From the NCBI GenBank assembly GCA_024704765.1, contig JAKMXF010000329.1, forward strand, positions 186,001 through 250,000: a stretch of DNA of 64,000 nt. Reading direction: 5' to 3'. The notes beneath the pieces are model-generated. The model ran no database searches. It was not told the DNA's origin and was given only the letters and a program-made list of their open reading frames with translations. A program made the translations under genes and the position numbers. Within the stretch, counting starts at the first letter, position 1; each line of letters opens with the position of its first letter. This document shows, in pieces, positions 38,339 through 52,300 of this stretch. Source of the stretch: Oopsacas minuta. Its lineage: Eukaryota; Animalia; Porifera.

Positions 38339-39329
38339 TTGTTGGGAATGAGATCTTATCAATATTTGGATTCGAATTGTTACAAGTAACTAATTATCAG
38401 ATATTTAGTGTTCTTGAATATATAAGTACTCATTCATCAATACACAATATACTTTATGCTATTTGACCTCACAATATCAGTATGGAGTTAAATTGGAATG
38501 TGAATAACTTGTTTCAGATAAATTATAATATAGTTATGATTATAGAAGTGTTTCCTAGCTAAAGAAAGAATTGAATTCAGCCCAAAAATTTAACTTGGAT
38601 AGCATTTCGGAGCTGTATTTTGCATATATTATTACAGACAAGTAGTAATGGAGTAAATGCTAAGTTCTGTAATGGTACAATGAGGTTTTCAGTTTTGCGG
38701 GATCTTGCACTTAGAAAATTGTACTAAAATGTAAATTTTTATACAAAGAATATTTGAAGAAATGTTACAGCGTAAGAATAAAATGTATCATCAATGTACT
38801 CTACATACGCGAATTAAAAAGAAAAGTCTGAAACAAAACTTCTACAGCTTGGAATATAAATTTTTATTGAAAGAGAGAATGATGGTTATTCGCAGTCGGA
38901 TTTAATTCAAATTATTGAGTTATTTCGCTCCTGTTTGAGTGATAAATAGAGTAAAGAATATGCATTGGATTGAGTTGGAATTTTTAATACATTATCTCAA
39001 AAATAGTCTAAATTAAAGTATAATCAAGAAGTATTAAATTGATGAGAAGAATTTTCCTTCCTATTTCCAGCCATAAACCACTGTGTACCTTTTGCTGAAG
39101 CCCATATTTTCACCTTGATTATAGTAGACATAGCAATAATAATACTATTGATCAGTGGCGTAGCCTTTATGTTGCTCAGTGGGGCGCTATATGAATAGAT
39201 TTGTAGGGTTTGATTGTTTTAACTCTGTCATATTGTCTTGTTGTATGACATATTTACTACTAGGATAGTTTTACTCCTTTTTGAACCCGACAAGCCGGCA
39301 TCTAAAAGAAGTGTATCAATAGTGATAGC

Positions 39330-39830
39330 ATCATTGGAGGGAGTTGTAGAGATCGAAAAAGAAGAATGGCGACTATTGATTTAATCAAAGACATGTTCAT
39401 AGTGATGTCCTCAGGCTGACCAAATAGAGAGTCGGTTTGGTGTAGCCATCATGACGAGAGTGATACCTATACCACGTCGATTGTCCTTTCTTCTTCAGGA
39501 TGCCAACATTCGGATTCCATACAAAATATCAGTCTCAAGCATGCTAGACATAGCTACCATCAAAATTTCACTACCCCATGTCTTACACTCGTCCATCTGA
39601 GATTTTCTCAGATAGTCAATAGGGATATTATATTTGAATTTGGTTTCTAGTTATCTTGATATGAAGCTGGCGGCCTGTGTCATCATGTATCGGCATATCT
39701 CGGCACGAATTTTATTTCGGCTTGACTGCGAACCTGTAAATATTGCAGAAAAGGATCGGAGTACCCAACTGCCATCGTATTCAATCCAAAGTTCTGATAA
39801 TGGTACAACATTTCTGACCTCCTCACCTTT
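39330..39830 (-). pseudogene. Degraded OTU-like cysteine protease domain
   Basis: YDGSWVLRSFSAIFTGSQ..KIRAEICRYM..YLRKSQMDE.KTWGSEI..AMSSMLETDI..HHYEHV follows the OTU pattern (DGNCLFR, WG.E.E..A, HY). The catalytic Cys position reads W and stops are present. Confidence 0.55.
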
Positions 39831-42479
39831 ATATATCTATGGCTGGTATACAGTGATCTCGTAGGTAAGCCAAGTTTCGGATTTCATCTCTTGGAGGAGA
39901 ATAGTATGGTCCATCCTTTGGGAAATTTGGAGGATGTATTGTATATGGTAGACTGTTGTCTGTTATATAAGGCATTAAAATAATTCTCTGTAAGTACTCA
40001 TTTACCGATAAAAAATTACACAATTATAACCAATCCTGAGCGTCTCCCAAATTATTCAGTTATAGTAATTATATACAATCCACAATATCTTTTGAGAAAT
40101 ACACCATACATTCATGGGCGGCTCAAACTCATCCGGCCATGGCCTGACCACTTTTGACCTTGGCCTATTCAATAGTATGGTCCAGTCAATGGCTTGATCG
40201 CCACTTGACGCCTTGTGCCGACCTTGTATTTAACATCGTTCTAACTAGTCGGTGTATAAAGAACGTCTAGAACATAATTTATGGGGTTGTGTAGCGGTAC
40301 AATGTCCATCCCAGTCTATGCTTCTCTAGCCCAGTTAAACATTATATCAATAAGTTCTTTCTATCTACAAAATTGTAAACAGAGTAAAATTGTTTAAATT
40401 TAGGGGGTAAAGACTCTCGAGTCTAAAGCATCAATTAGCGGAGAGAAATATAAAAGTCGAACAAGGACAACCTAGGAAATGTTTTCGGAGGTACATTTCC
40501 TAGGTTTGCCAGCTACATCATGCAAGACAATTATTCAACATTATTAACACAAATTACCGGACAATTTCACCGTGAATGTACATATTTCAAACAGTTGATG
40601 ACAAAGTTATATCTCTACCCCTTTGTGTTCGTAATACCGAAAATGCAATGTCCAATTACGTACTTGTATCTGTACAAACGATAATTAGTAATTAGAAATT
40701 ACCTTGCCACGTTTGTTTTATCTATTATTCTCGGTTTTCGCTTCCTGTCCTCTATTCCGATTATTTGATCTGAGGTTAGTGATAACTGCCAGTGAGACTT
40801 TGGGAATGCAATGTTTCTATGTAAAAATATAACTTTGTAAAATTCACTAGGTCGTTTAGGTTTGATGTATATTTCTTGCCAAATGTGTAGGGTAATTTGT
40901 AGAATTGCCATTCACGATGGAAAGTAAATGACTATCTGTTAAGCTGTTAACTTCGAATGGTTCTTTATCTACGGGCTTATTTTTAGTACCAGGAATCTTC
41001 TCTTTCGCTTGCAAGAAATTAATCCTCTTCTTTAAACAAAGAACTATGTAGAATTTATTTAATATAAATTACGAATAGTTTATCATTGATGTATAAAAAA
41101 TATAGATTAGAGATTCGTTACCTGATTATTTGGACATTTTTCCATATGATACTTTTTGTCTGCACTGTTCTATAGCGATGTTAGATCTAGAATCTTCGTG
41201 TTGGAAATTTCTCAAATGTTCTAAATCTGATATCCAGTCCATAGGAGCTTCAGTTAGATCGATTTCGCAATTATCAATCTGTCCCTCAAGTTGTTCTCCG
41301 ACTTCATCGACGGTAATCTCTTCCTCAGGTTGAGGGGAGGTGATCAACTCACGCCGAACATCAACTGAAATGCTCTATACTTGGTGGCCTGTTTTTGTTA
41401 AGGAAATTAAATTCTAAGTTACGAAAGAAGGTATCAATAAATATTGTAGGGGTTGTGATGAGAAATAACTTCAAGAATTGATCTCAAAGTTAGAATTCGT
41501 CATTACAAATAACTGAGAATTTATCGACTTTCGCAGGCCGTTGGAGGAAATATTTTTAGTGTTTTACGCAAATATCGATATTGTTATAAATGCCTATGCC
41601 CGTTTTTGGTGTATTAGATGATAGGCATGCTGGTTGTAGTTTTACACGGACACTCAGCATCTTTATCGTAGATGAATTTTGCAATTTTCCTAAATATACG
41701 TAATTTCCAACCCTGAAAATTCAAGATTTGTGATACATGTTAACGATCTTATTATGGGGTTCGACTAACCCGCTAACTTTAGGATGGTATGCGGTAACTT
41801 TAGGCACTAAGCTGTCGTGGAGCGACCTGGCAAGCGAAGCCCGCTAGTGACTATATATTGCACCGAAATTATATAACAGGAACAACTAAGAGTACTATAT
41901 TAAATAATTGTACATTATTCTACCTAAATAATGAAATTCTTTTGCAAGGAATTTAATACATATATAAAAGGTGTTTCAAAAGTCTTGGCCTATTCATTTT
42001 ATTACTGCAGTAAAATCTCAAACATCAACAAAACAAACTCATAAAATAGTATTATTGCTCTGTAAATAGTACGATAGCTTAAAACTTCTATATCTCATCA
42101 CTCTAAATTAAATATGAAGTAGAATATAAGTATCCATATAACCTATTTGGGCTAGTTAACATGCTTTACAGTTCAAACGAGTTTGAATTGTAACGCAAGT
42201 GAACTACAACACATCCATAGTCCATAGACTTGCTTTAATTTGTTATACTGCTGTAATCAGGTACTCTGATTCCTAATTTCGCACTTTCAAAATTTTCATA
42301 AGTGAATTCAGGGGCTAAACTTGGGATGTGGATTGGTAGGGCTTCAGGACGAGCTCCCCCCTTTTTAAGATCTCAGTATTCGATATTTCTTATATTATTC
42401 CTAAGTTATACATGTTAGTAAAATGTATTCACTTTCCGGTTTGTATGAGGAAAGAAACCTTTTAGTAAGAAATTAGGTC

Positions 42480-43085
42480 AGGAATATATTGAATATCGAC
42501 ATTTTCAGACTTTGGATGAGGAGCGTTATATAAATGACCTGATTGAAGCACCCTGTAGCCTAATTAATACTTGTAATGATGTTGATATGATTGTTGATTA
42601 TTTTGAGATGCACTTTAGATGTCTTAGACTCGCATGTACTTGTCAAGAAAAACGAGTTAAATATTCTACAATTCCAGATTGGTTGACTGAGGAAATACGG
42701 ATTGCGATGAAAGAACACGACATGTAACTTAAGAGGTGATAATTCTAATTTGAGGAAGAAGAGGAATTTTGTCACAAGATTAGTAGAAAAGTCTAAAAGA
42801 TCATATTTCAAGACCTAAATAATATGAATAAATCTAATAGAAATGGTTTGCGAAAAATCAAAGACATATTTACAAAAGATTCTTGGAAATGCTGCAGAAC
42901 TGGTAAGGTAATTTAAATAAGAGTAAGATAGTTGGGACTATATTTATTGATCTGAGCAAGGCTTTTGATTTAGTAGATCACATACTTCTCCTACACTTAG
43001 GATATGTAAAATGTCTGAAAATTCATTCAATTTATTCAATAGCTATTTGACAGCTAGAACACAAAAAGTATCTTTTAAGGAGTAA
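42480..43085 (+). pseudogene. LINE (CR1/L2-like) ORF2 fragment
   Basis: EKRVKYSTIPDWLTEEIRIAM (EN-RT linker) followed by FIDLSKAFDLVDHILLL..SYLTARTQKVSF (RT motif). Confidence 0.85.
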
Positions 43086-43511
43086 AATAGTGAATACCCC
43101 ACTATCATCTTTTCAAAACTTTGGAAATGGATTATCATAATATGATATTCACTCATGATAGTTTGTAAACTAAAGCTTGTTTTTGCTACTAGATAGGATT
43201 ATACTATTTTAGATTGATTAGATAATACTAATTAATATAATATATGGAAATTCTTGCATCATCATTAGTTGAAGTATTTATAACTTTGCTTTGTATATTT
43301 TGGCAATTTTCATGGTGAACGTTATGAGAATTTCATAACAATTCTTCTTTGTAACTTGACAATTAAAGTCTTGGTTCTCTTGCAGACACCAGACTTTTTA
43401 TTCATGTTGCAAATTTTAGTTCTCTGAAGTAATCTAGAAGATGACCTATAAGCAGAGCCTAAAATAAGTTTTTTCCACAGAATTTTACAAATATAATCAT
43501 CCCTTTGACTA

Positions 43512-44816
43512 CAGGGTGACCCATAAATACTGTTACCAAGATATTTATATACCATAGTCTCTTTTTATGAATGTTACTAGTACCCGTTGATAGTGTCTTA
43601 CTCCAACATGCCTATATATTCATTCTAAACGCAGTTTTCATTTCTACTTTAGATATTTTTGTATTTTGCCTACTTTTACTAATTGAGTCCAAAAGATCAG
43701 CTGTTATACAACTTTTTGAAACAGGAAACACCAAGAGCCAAATTGTCAGATTGCTCAAATGGAACAAAATGTTCGTATCTTGCACTCTATCCCGTTACAA
43801 TGATACATGAAACATTGCTGACAGACCTCACCTGGCGACCTCGAACTGTAAGAACATTTTCTGTGGCCAAAAATGTTTCGCAGAGGATCCGCCGAAATCC
43901 TGCCAGGAGCATCAGGAAGATGGCTAAGGAAATGAATACGAGCAGGAAATCGATGCGTAGACTAGTTCTTAATGATCTAGGGATGAAAGCATACAAGGTA
44001 CGCAAATGCCAGTTCCTCACTCAGCTAAACAAACAAAAGGGCTGAAAAGATGCCATGCCAAGAAATCCCGTTTGACGAATGGCGTCATAAACAAATTCTC
44101 TTCAGTGATAAGAAATTATTCACAGTAGAACAGGTTATAAACAAACAAAACAACAGAAATCTCGCTACTGATAGGATTAGACTACCTCAGGCCACTTTTC
44201 GAGTTTCTAGGACCCAAATGCCAGGTTTTGTGATGGTTTGGGCGGGGGTGACTTCAGATGGTCGGACACCACTGATTTTTATCCCCAATGGGCGAAAATT
44301 AATCAGAAAATTAATCGTAACACAATTCTCGAAGCTGTAGTAAAAGTCATGGGCCAAAAATCACTTTGGTAATAGAGAATGAACCTTCAAACAGGATTCT
44401 GCTCCTGCCCATAAGGCTAAAGACACACAGGCTTGGTGCAGAGCCAATTTTTCGGGGTTAATTTCATCCGAAGAATGGCCCTCGTGTTCGCCAGATCTCA
44501 TCCTCTTGACATTTCAATCTGGTCGATATTGGAGGACAAGGTTAACTCGAAAAAATACCAGAGTATTGAAGAGTTAAAGAGAACCTTGACTCGAGAATGG
44601 GAAAGAATTCCTGAGGATCACCTAGGTGCTAGCATAGACTCGTTTATCAGACGTCTTAGGAGCTGTGTCAGTGCAAAGGATGATATATTTTCATGATGAA
44701 TTATTTATGTTTAGAGTATTTATCAAACAGCGTATAGTGAAAATTTCAAAGCATTTACAACAATATTATGGTATTTGGGTAAAATCAATGAGTAACAGTA
44801 TTTATGGGTCACTCTT
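43512..44816 (+). mobile_element. Tc1/mariner DD37D (maT-type) element, 1305 bp, pseudogene
   Basis: TIRs CAGGGTGACCCATAAATACTGTTACC / AAGAGTGACCCATAAATACTGTTACT, TA flanks. Motifs LFSDKKLFTVEQ, VMVWAGV, QDSAPAH..EWPSCSPDL(NP)LD with 37-aa spacing once a 1-bp frameshift is corrected. Confidence 0.9.
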
Positions 44817-46125
44817 TATATTACTTGACATTCTTTACTCATACGGCCCAATCTTCTTGCAAACGGGTGCTATATACCAAATTTCCCATACCCTGTTGAT
44901 ATAACTCTAGAGTAAGCCAACTTTTCTATATTTTGTGGCAGACATTTTTGCAATAAAAAGTTTTGTAGATGTAGGGGATAGTTATTTCTTTAAAGTGCTT
45001 TCAAATTACCAATTTGTAAACAAAATTACTTCGTAGCCATTCAAATGACGTCATTTCGATCCGAAAATGGTTGGAGGTATGTACTTTGTGTAGTGTACAA
45101 TATCCATATTTCATTAATTTTTCTGGGAAAAGTGCACCGTTTTGATATTATCGAAACAAATCGACGTCCCTATATAAATATATTAATTAACTATCCAGTT
45201 TCTAGCCTGATTATTAAGTGCGGCGTTGCCTTATTTATAGAATCATAGGTGCCATTTTGTTCATTTTGTCGACCAATATTGGGCGGGCACAACCACTGGT
45301 TTGGTTGGTTACACACACGCCTCTTATAGGAGTTTGAGTAAGTGGTGGTCCTTTGGGGGGCAACCGGGCCAGCCCGGGTTTGAAAATCCTACTTGGGTAT
45401 GCCAGATCCTGGGATCTCCCCTTTGACTGTATATCAAAGATAATTAATATGTAGGAAATTCATTCCTAATTTATGTGGTGCTTTCATTATTCACATGCGG
45501 TCATTTAATTATTGTGGACTTCATCAATAGTAGTTCCATTTATACATATAGTTTAGGTATTTTAGTAGCCAATTATATACTTAGTTCATGACATTATCTA
45601 GAGAATATGGACGGACATACCCGGCTGTAATTGCAATGTTGGCGCCTATATATAGAATGCTATGGTTTCGCTAATGAAATAATGGTACTTAAGGACCCGA
45701 TACTAGTTATATAACTTATATTGATATGAATCACCGGGTCTATTAAATGTGGCAAGGGAATTCAATTATATTCAAATCGACTTTCTATGGTCATATTGAT
45801 TCCCAGCATCAATTCCAGCGATATGATATACATATTGACCATATTTGGAGTGATTTGTTCCCTAGCAAAGCGCAAAAATTCATCAGTAATGTGACAACAC
45901 TCTAATCTCAAATTTTGTCTTAAACACAATTAATAGGATGTAGGTAATGTAGACTATTATAATAAAAATTTTTCTCGACATTTTGCATATATATTACCTT
46001 GATAAACATTTTGATTTGGTTTGCCTTAACATTCTTGCGGAATCTTTAAAATGACCTTATATATGGGCATATTTAGGATTGCGTCACTTTTGCAAGAGAT
46101 ATCATATCATAATGTATTATCAGGG

Positions 46126-47201
46126 CAGGGGCAAGCCTAGGGAGTAATTTTAGATGAATGATGAGTATATAGTTTTTCTGAAATATCCTCAGATTTAAGA
46201 ATTTCTATTATTTCCAAATGCTGGTGTACCTTCAAACGGTTTAATACTAAAATTCATTGTTCAAAGCTTCAAAACCATCTGTTTAAATTGTTCAGTAACC
46301 CTAAATGTAAAATTTATTTCAGTCTCTACAGCCCTGCATGGCTTTGCCCAGCACCAATATATGTTATTCTTATTTATTCACCATTCAATATGCTACACAC
46401 ACGTATTTGGATAGGGTGGTTGACATCTTTTCAACTATTCAAATACTATGTCGGTCTCAATATTCGTTGTAACCGAAACAAAGTATATCAATTCGAATAT
46501 CCTCTCCATTACTATACTACAGTCAGAATCGCTTCATTGACGTATCAGCAGAATGATTTTGAGGGCCTTGGCAGAATTTTGGATGCCACAGTTTGTCAAA
46601 ATACTTTCTGTTCTCAACTAATCCATCATATAATCGATAGTTTTGCAAGGGCTTACTGAAAAATTAGGGTACCAGTCACCACAGCGCTGAGCCAATTGGG
46701 TCGCTTACTGTAGCCTCAAAGTGACGGAAAGACGTGTATGATAAAGGGAATTCATATGTGGCTTACTGAATATTAAAAGCCAGTAATTTTATAGGGATAG
46801 TCGACTGGTTCTTTGAGTATGTCCGAAATAAATGCGTCTATATTATGCCATAATCACTCTTTGTACTAAAATGTTTAGCATTTTAATCAAATACAATAAG
46901 GGTAGAATAATGTGAACATGTATATTATTCCACTCTCGTCTTATAAACCTTTCGGGTGTCCCTATAAAATTCTTGTCATAGCATATATAGCTATGTTGGC
47001 TTCGTAATATTATATAGACAATATGAAGTATCTATATGTATTATGAAAAGAAATTTGCTACCTTGGGGTACAAGATAAGCGACCTTGATTGTATGGTGAA
47101 TAACTGTAACTTTAGAATGGACAATTGATGGGCCGTAAACCATAATGCTGAAAAAATCCAGGGGCTCGGGCCCCTAATATGTAAGGCTGGACTTGCCCCT
47201 C
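46126..47201. mobile_element. Non-autonomous hAT element, 1076 bp
   Basis: TIRs CAGGGGCAAGCCTAG / GAGGGGCAAGTCCAG; 8-bp TSD TATCAGGG/TTTCAGGG. Confidence 0.7.
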
Positions 47202-47759
47202 TTTCAGGGTGTGGAAGTTGGGCATGTACTATTGATTGGCTACATTGATTTGACAACTATTGTAACGATTATCGAGTTAAGTGATTATTAACAAAAGGTA
47301 CAGTCCATTGTCACAGCGATAACCCAAACACCTGTAAAATTCTAATCGATGTACAATGATATTTACCAACATGAACAGCATGTATGATGAACCAACCGTT
47401 CTTGCTCCACCAAGCATTTCTGATTACAATGTTTTCATTTAAGAGCCATCTATTCCAGATATGATTAATGCAGTGGAAACTAACATCGATTACCCAAGTC
47501 AGTTACCAACGTACGATAGATAACTTCCAAAGCTCTTGCTCAATTTATCTGATTTCCTTTCTACTTGCAGCTATCTTTTGAACAAAAATTTGATTTTTTC
47601 CAAAAATTGTATTAGAACTAATTAGCGAGTATCTCCAGAACTTATTAACGTGTATCTCAGATATATGGCGCTGACCAGACAGGTTAGGCGCCATACATCT
47701 GATAAACCAAGGGTTACTAATTATTCCCGCGAACTCAAAACTCAGCTTCAACTAGCTTT

Positions 47760-48420
47760 CTATGATTCGACATTTTACGAAGTATCGTATTCTACATAAC
47801 AAGTGATCTGCACTGCTAATACCATCCACTCATCTAACTATCTTGAGCTTTTGAGTTCTTTGCCTAACTACGACCCGCATCGTTGGTGGAAACATTCCAA
47901 AGTCTTCACTGTGGCCTAGGAAAGACTTCTTATGACCTTCATTCTATGGCTAACGAGTTGTGTGTTGGAGATCTCAGCGCCCTGGTAGGGAAATTGAGTG
48001 TATGATGTATTGGAACCCTTGTGGGTATGGTTCCGTTTGATTGTCCAGTACCTCGACATGACACCGTTTTAAACAGGATATATGTACGCAAAGCTACACA
48101 CGCCGATGATATTCCTAGTTGGAGTCTCCGTGACCATACTTTCACTTTATCGCCCCAGTTTGTACCCTCTTTAATGCATCCATCCGCGACTGTTTCTTGC
48201 CATCTATTTGGAAACTATCAAGCTTTATACCAAAGGAATTATCTAGGAACTGCAGAACCCTCCTATAGGCCATGATTTTTGATGAAAGAATAATTAGGGG
48301 CAAGTCAATAATATTTGATAGGCATCTAAATATTCTCGATAATGTCAAATTGGTACATTTTGGCCCGAATATATGTATAATTGATAGATAATAATCAACA
48401 CAAGCCATCTCCAACAATTC
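47760..48420 (-). pseudogene. Probable LINE (RTE/L2-like) RT remnant
   Basis: ATVKTLECFHQRC resembles the L..FH.RCLR motif of LINE C-termini; upstream GDSN.E..RR motif. Heavily degraded. Confidence 0.4.
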
Positions 48421-48830
48421 CCCAATGAACCCATATGTCTGGTTGATAATGCAATTGATGTTAAAATCCCCTTTTCAAATTCATGACAATCGCTCACTAG
48501 CGTCTTCAAGTCCAGGATAATCCCAAGTTAAATGAGGATGTTAATTGATCAAATATATAAATGACAAAGTTGTTAGTTTATATTCTATACCATGGATGGC
48601 ACATGTATTCCCAATATCCATACATAACATACTAGTCATTAAAGTTATGGTTAAAATCAGTCTACTCAATATGTACTGCATAGTTTATGTGTAAAGATCC
48701 CTAGATCACTTGGGATTATTTATTGAAATCGAAGATACACTAGGGATCATTTATCAGAGCATTAATAACTAAACCACTTAGTTGTGAGTTGTACCACTTT
48801 TGGTTTATCTAGGAGAGGAGTTATTCTCAG

Positions 48831-49197
48831 GACCCTAGGGTCTTGATAGCAAAATCCCAAGACATTAGTGTTTTAGCATTATTTCTGGGACTCTAGGGTC
48901 CCAGCTCGAAATTTTATCTCAGGACCCTAAGGTCCTAGTCTAAATTTTCGTTCCAGGACCCTATATTTACTAATGTAAATTTAACATTATATTTTCTACT
49001 ATTCAATTTCTGATTTTCTAAAATTTCTAAAAACCAGCACCATAGTTTTAAAACCTAAAATCCAACGATCCATCTATATATTGATGATATAGGTATGAGA
49101 TAGTACAAATTGAGTACAATAAATGTAAGTCTAAATGTATTGTCCTAGAGCGAGATTACACTCTATGACCCTGAGAATGATGCAGGACACTAGGGTC
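48831..49197. repeat. Cluster of GACCCTAGGGTC palindrome variants
   Basis: Copies at 48831, 48889, 48923, ~48957 (partial) and 49186. Confidence 0.7.
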
Positions 49198-49337
49198 GTA
49201 GATATAATTTCCCTATCTAGGATGCATAACGTACAATCCCTGTCAATTTGCACCCTTCAATTCAAAATACTAGAAACGCCACAGGTATTCACATTCACTA
49301 ATTATCTTATTTGTCTTAAATAATATAGATTCATATT

Positions 49338-52300
49338 ATGTCTGAAGAATATGTTGAGCTCAATTATGTTTGTGATTTCTCTTCAGAATTATCCCAACCT
49401 GATTATTTTCCTATTTCCACGAAACCTACTTGGTCTGTTCTTCAGCGAGGACTTGGTTATACTGATCAGATCGTAGAGCATGAATTGGGGATAGTAGGCA
49501 ATCGTATTTATTGGAGGAAAGGAGTAGATGCTTCTAGAAGGCCACCTACTATTTATTTTTCCCTTGACACTCAAATTCAACATGCTCTTATTTGCCGCTT
49601 CCCTAAACATATATTTGAAGAAAATTTAAGGCACCATTTATCTTGCCTCTGTGTTGTAGAAAGTTGTCGAATTACCGCATTTTCTGAAGATGAAGATATA
49701 TTTAATATTGCTCTTCCATTTCCTTTAAAAGCTGTCTGGAGTAGCGCATTCGGATTAATTCTCCAGAGAGATCCTTCAGAACAAGAAAGAAATGCATTTT
49801 ATTCTAAGGATTCGATTGATCAAACTATGGATGATTCATTCTTCCTTGCTGAGCTTCCTGTATTATTCACTTTAACTCATCCACTGAATGAACCATCGCA
49901 TATTTTGTATAAATACTCTGACTACCCAAGTTCATTTGTTAACTATTTTTGCAATCCACTAATTGACGTGGTTCACGTTAATATCAATCCCTCATACGTT
50001 ATTCTATATGATAGTATATTACAGCAACATTCAATATGGCTTATGAAGCCTGCATCTCCAAAGCCCTCCCAGAATATTAGCCATTCTCTGAATGATCATT
50101 TATTACATTCAGAGCAACCAATGAGCAGTTCTGCCCCGCCAAGAGTCCAACATTTTGAAGTGACACCATTTAATTCTCCCCTAAAATTATATACTCCTTC
50201 ACCTAGTAGCAAAAATTTTCCTAGTAATCCAGACTATATTAGTACTCCCTTTTTTTCAGGAGGCTCTTTAAAATCATTGTCATCTGTTGATGTTTCAACT
50301 AGTAAAAGAAAAGATAGCTTACGTGTTGCCACAGTTAAGCGGAATTTCTCTCAAGTAATGTTTGACTTTTCATCAAATTGTGATGTAAAGACTAAATTCA
50401 GTAAAATTTTGGGTCCTAAGCCGTTGATAGGAACTAACAAGCAAAATTCACGACTAGGACCAGGTAACGCATCGATTAAACGTGCTAAATCATTATCTCC
50501 AAATAGCATTCCCCTCCCATCTCCCCTTTCACGATCAATTCCACCTAAACAATTTAATCCTAAATATCTTCCTTTTGAAGATCATACTGAACCTGTGTAT
50601 CCAGAAATCTGTTTGCTCAATGTTTACACTCAGCCTAATAATTTGAACAGATTTAGAGCCAACAAAGTTTTCCAATATAAGGATGTGTTGAACCGTGAAT
50701 TTATTGTATTTGTTGACAAAGAAATTGGTGAGGTTTGGTTACTTGAATTATTTTTTCGAGAAAACGGTACTATGATGGAATTTGGTAACTCTCTCTATTT
50801 GGATGCTTGTGATGCTGTATCTATTGATGCTCTACACTTTTTGTTATGTTTAAATAACAGGGAACATTCGTTACATTTGTATTCATGCAATACACACATT
50901 TGTAAAATTTTGTGTAATTTTCCTCAAATACCTATATCTCTAGAAGATCCTATTTCCTATCGTATCACTATTGCTTTTCTTAACGGTTCTATTAAGCGAT
51001 ATTCTATCCCAAGTTTGTCTAAGAACAATACAACTTCACTGATGTTATCTGCTTTTTCACAACAACTCCCTAAAAGTGTATTTCATAATTTGGTCCTTCA
51101 AGCCTACATTCATAACAATTCCAGGCATAAGTCCATCTTATCAGATTTCTTGAATATGATTTTACAGTTTTTTGGTGTGAAAGAAAACCTTTTGTTTCAT
51201 GTTACAACTCGAAATCATATTCTTAGTATCCTTGCCAAAAATCGCCAATTTTACTTACCAACACTAAGAATTCTTATACTTCAAGATACTACAAGGTCCG
51301 ACCCTCAGCACGAGATTGTTCATAATGCAATACTACAAGAGCATTTATGTGAAACTTTCAACTCAATACATTTAATTTTAGAAGAAATAATGATCAGTCC
51401 ATTTGCAAGCAATGAGGCAATTTTATTGACAAAATTTTTATCACTATTTGTTATTCTCTTTGATTTTCCCTTAAATTACCTAGAATACTACAACAAACTT
51501 GTTCCCTCCATGACCTTATCAACTTACCGTTCTACAACTGTCTCTATTTCTGATTCAGTTCCTGATCCTAGATCTCAAGATATGCAAATACCTAGTCTGT
51601 TCTATTGGCTATGTAATCAACTCGTATATCCTTTAACTGGCCAACCTCCTTTTCCATATATTCCCAATGTTACTTCAAAGACAATGATTATTATTTGTAT
51701 ATATATTCTGATATTCCTTGACTCTAATACCAGAAATTCTGTAGTTACTCTTGAAAGTTATTTGAGAAATGCTTCCTCTTTTCACCATTCTATGGATTTC
51801 CATTCTTCATTGATAGTCGATTTTAATTCTTTGTTCAGACTTTCAAATGTTCAAGAAATGGTCATTACATTCCTTATGAAACGAAAAATTGCAAAAACAT
51901 TTTTTTTTAATATTTGTTCTGCTTATTCTATTCCGATAATTAATTTATTGGATTCCTCCAAACTCGACCCTCCTAAAAATTTACCGGGTTTGTCATATAT
52001 GCTATTAGACAGAGCGGATTTTGCTTTTCATAACAAGGGTTATCCACTTTCTTATTCAGAAAGTTTCTATCTTCCTAAACCCATGAATTCTCAATTTGGA
52101 CTAGTTAATTTATTGTTCCCGGAAGACAATCGAGTTTTTGAAGTTTGCAACTTACTTAATTCATCGAAATATATCCCAATAGATATCGGACAATGTTCAA
52201 ACTTGTCAGATGAAGATTTTCTAGAACTCCAGAGCTCTAGATTATTGAAGTTATCTACCCGTTCTCTTGCCCTCCCGATTGGACGTGGGATGTATAATTA

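Larger units (their letters stand above)
35239..39085 (-). mobile_element. Transib-superfamily (RAG1-related) element, internally deleted, with nested hAT
   Basis: TIRs CACCGTGGTTTA (35239) / CACAGTGGTTTA (reverse complement ending 39085). 5-bp TSD TACCA/TACCT (4 of 5 match). About 1.63 kb without the hAT insert. Confidence 0.75.

Noticed and set aside
39046-39085. Full RSS (heptamer + 12/23 spacer + nonamer) at the Transib end
   Set aside because: The heptamer is present, but no ACAAAAACC-like nonamer lies at 12- or 23-bp spacing at either end.
46288-46659. 123-aa ORF as a gene
   Set aside because: It lies inside a non-autonomous hAT element and has no recognisable domain.
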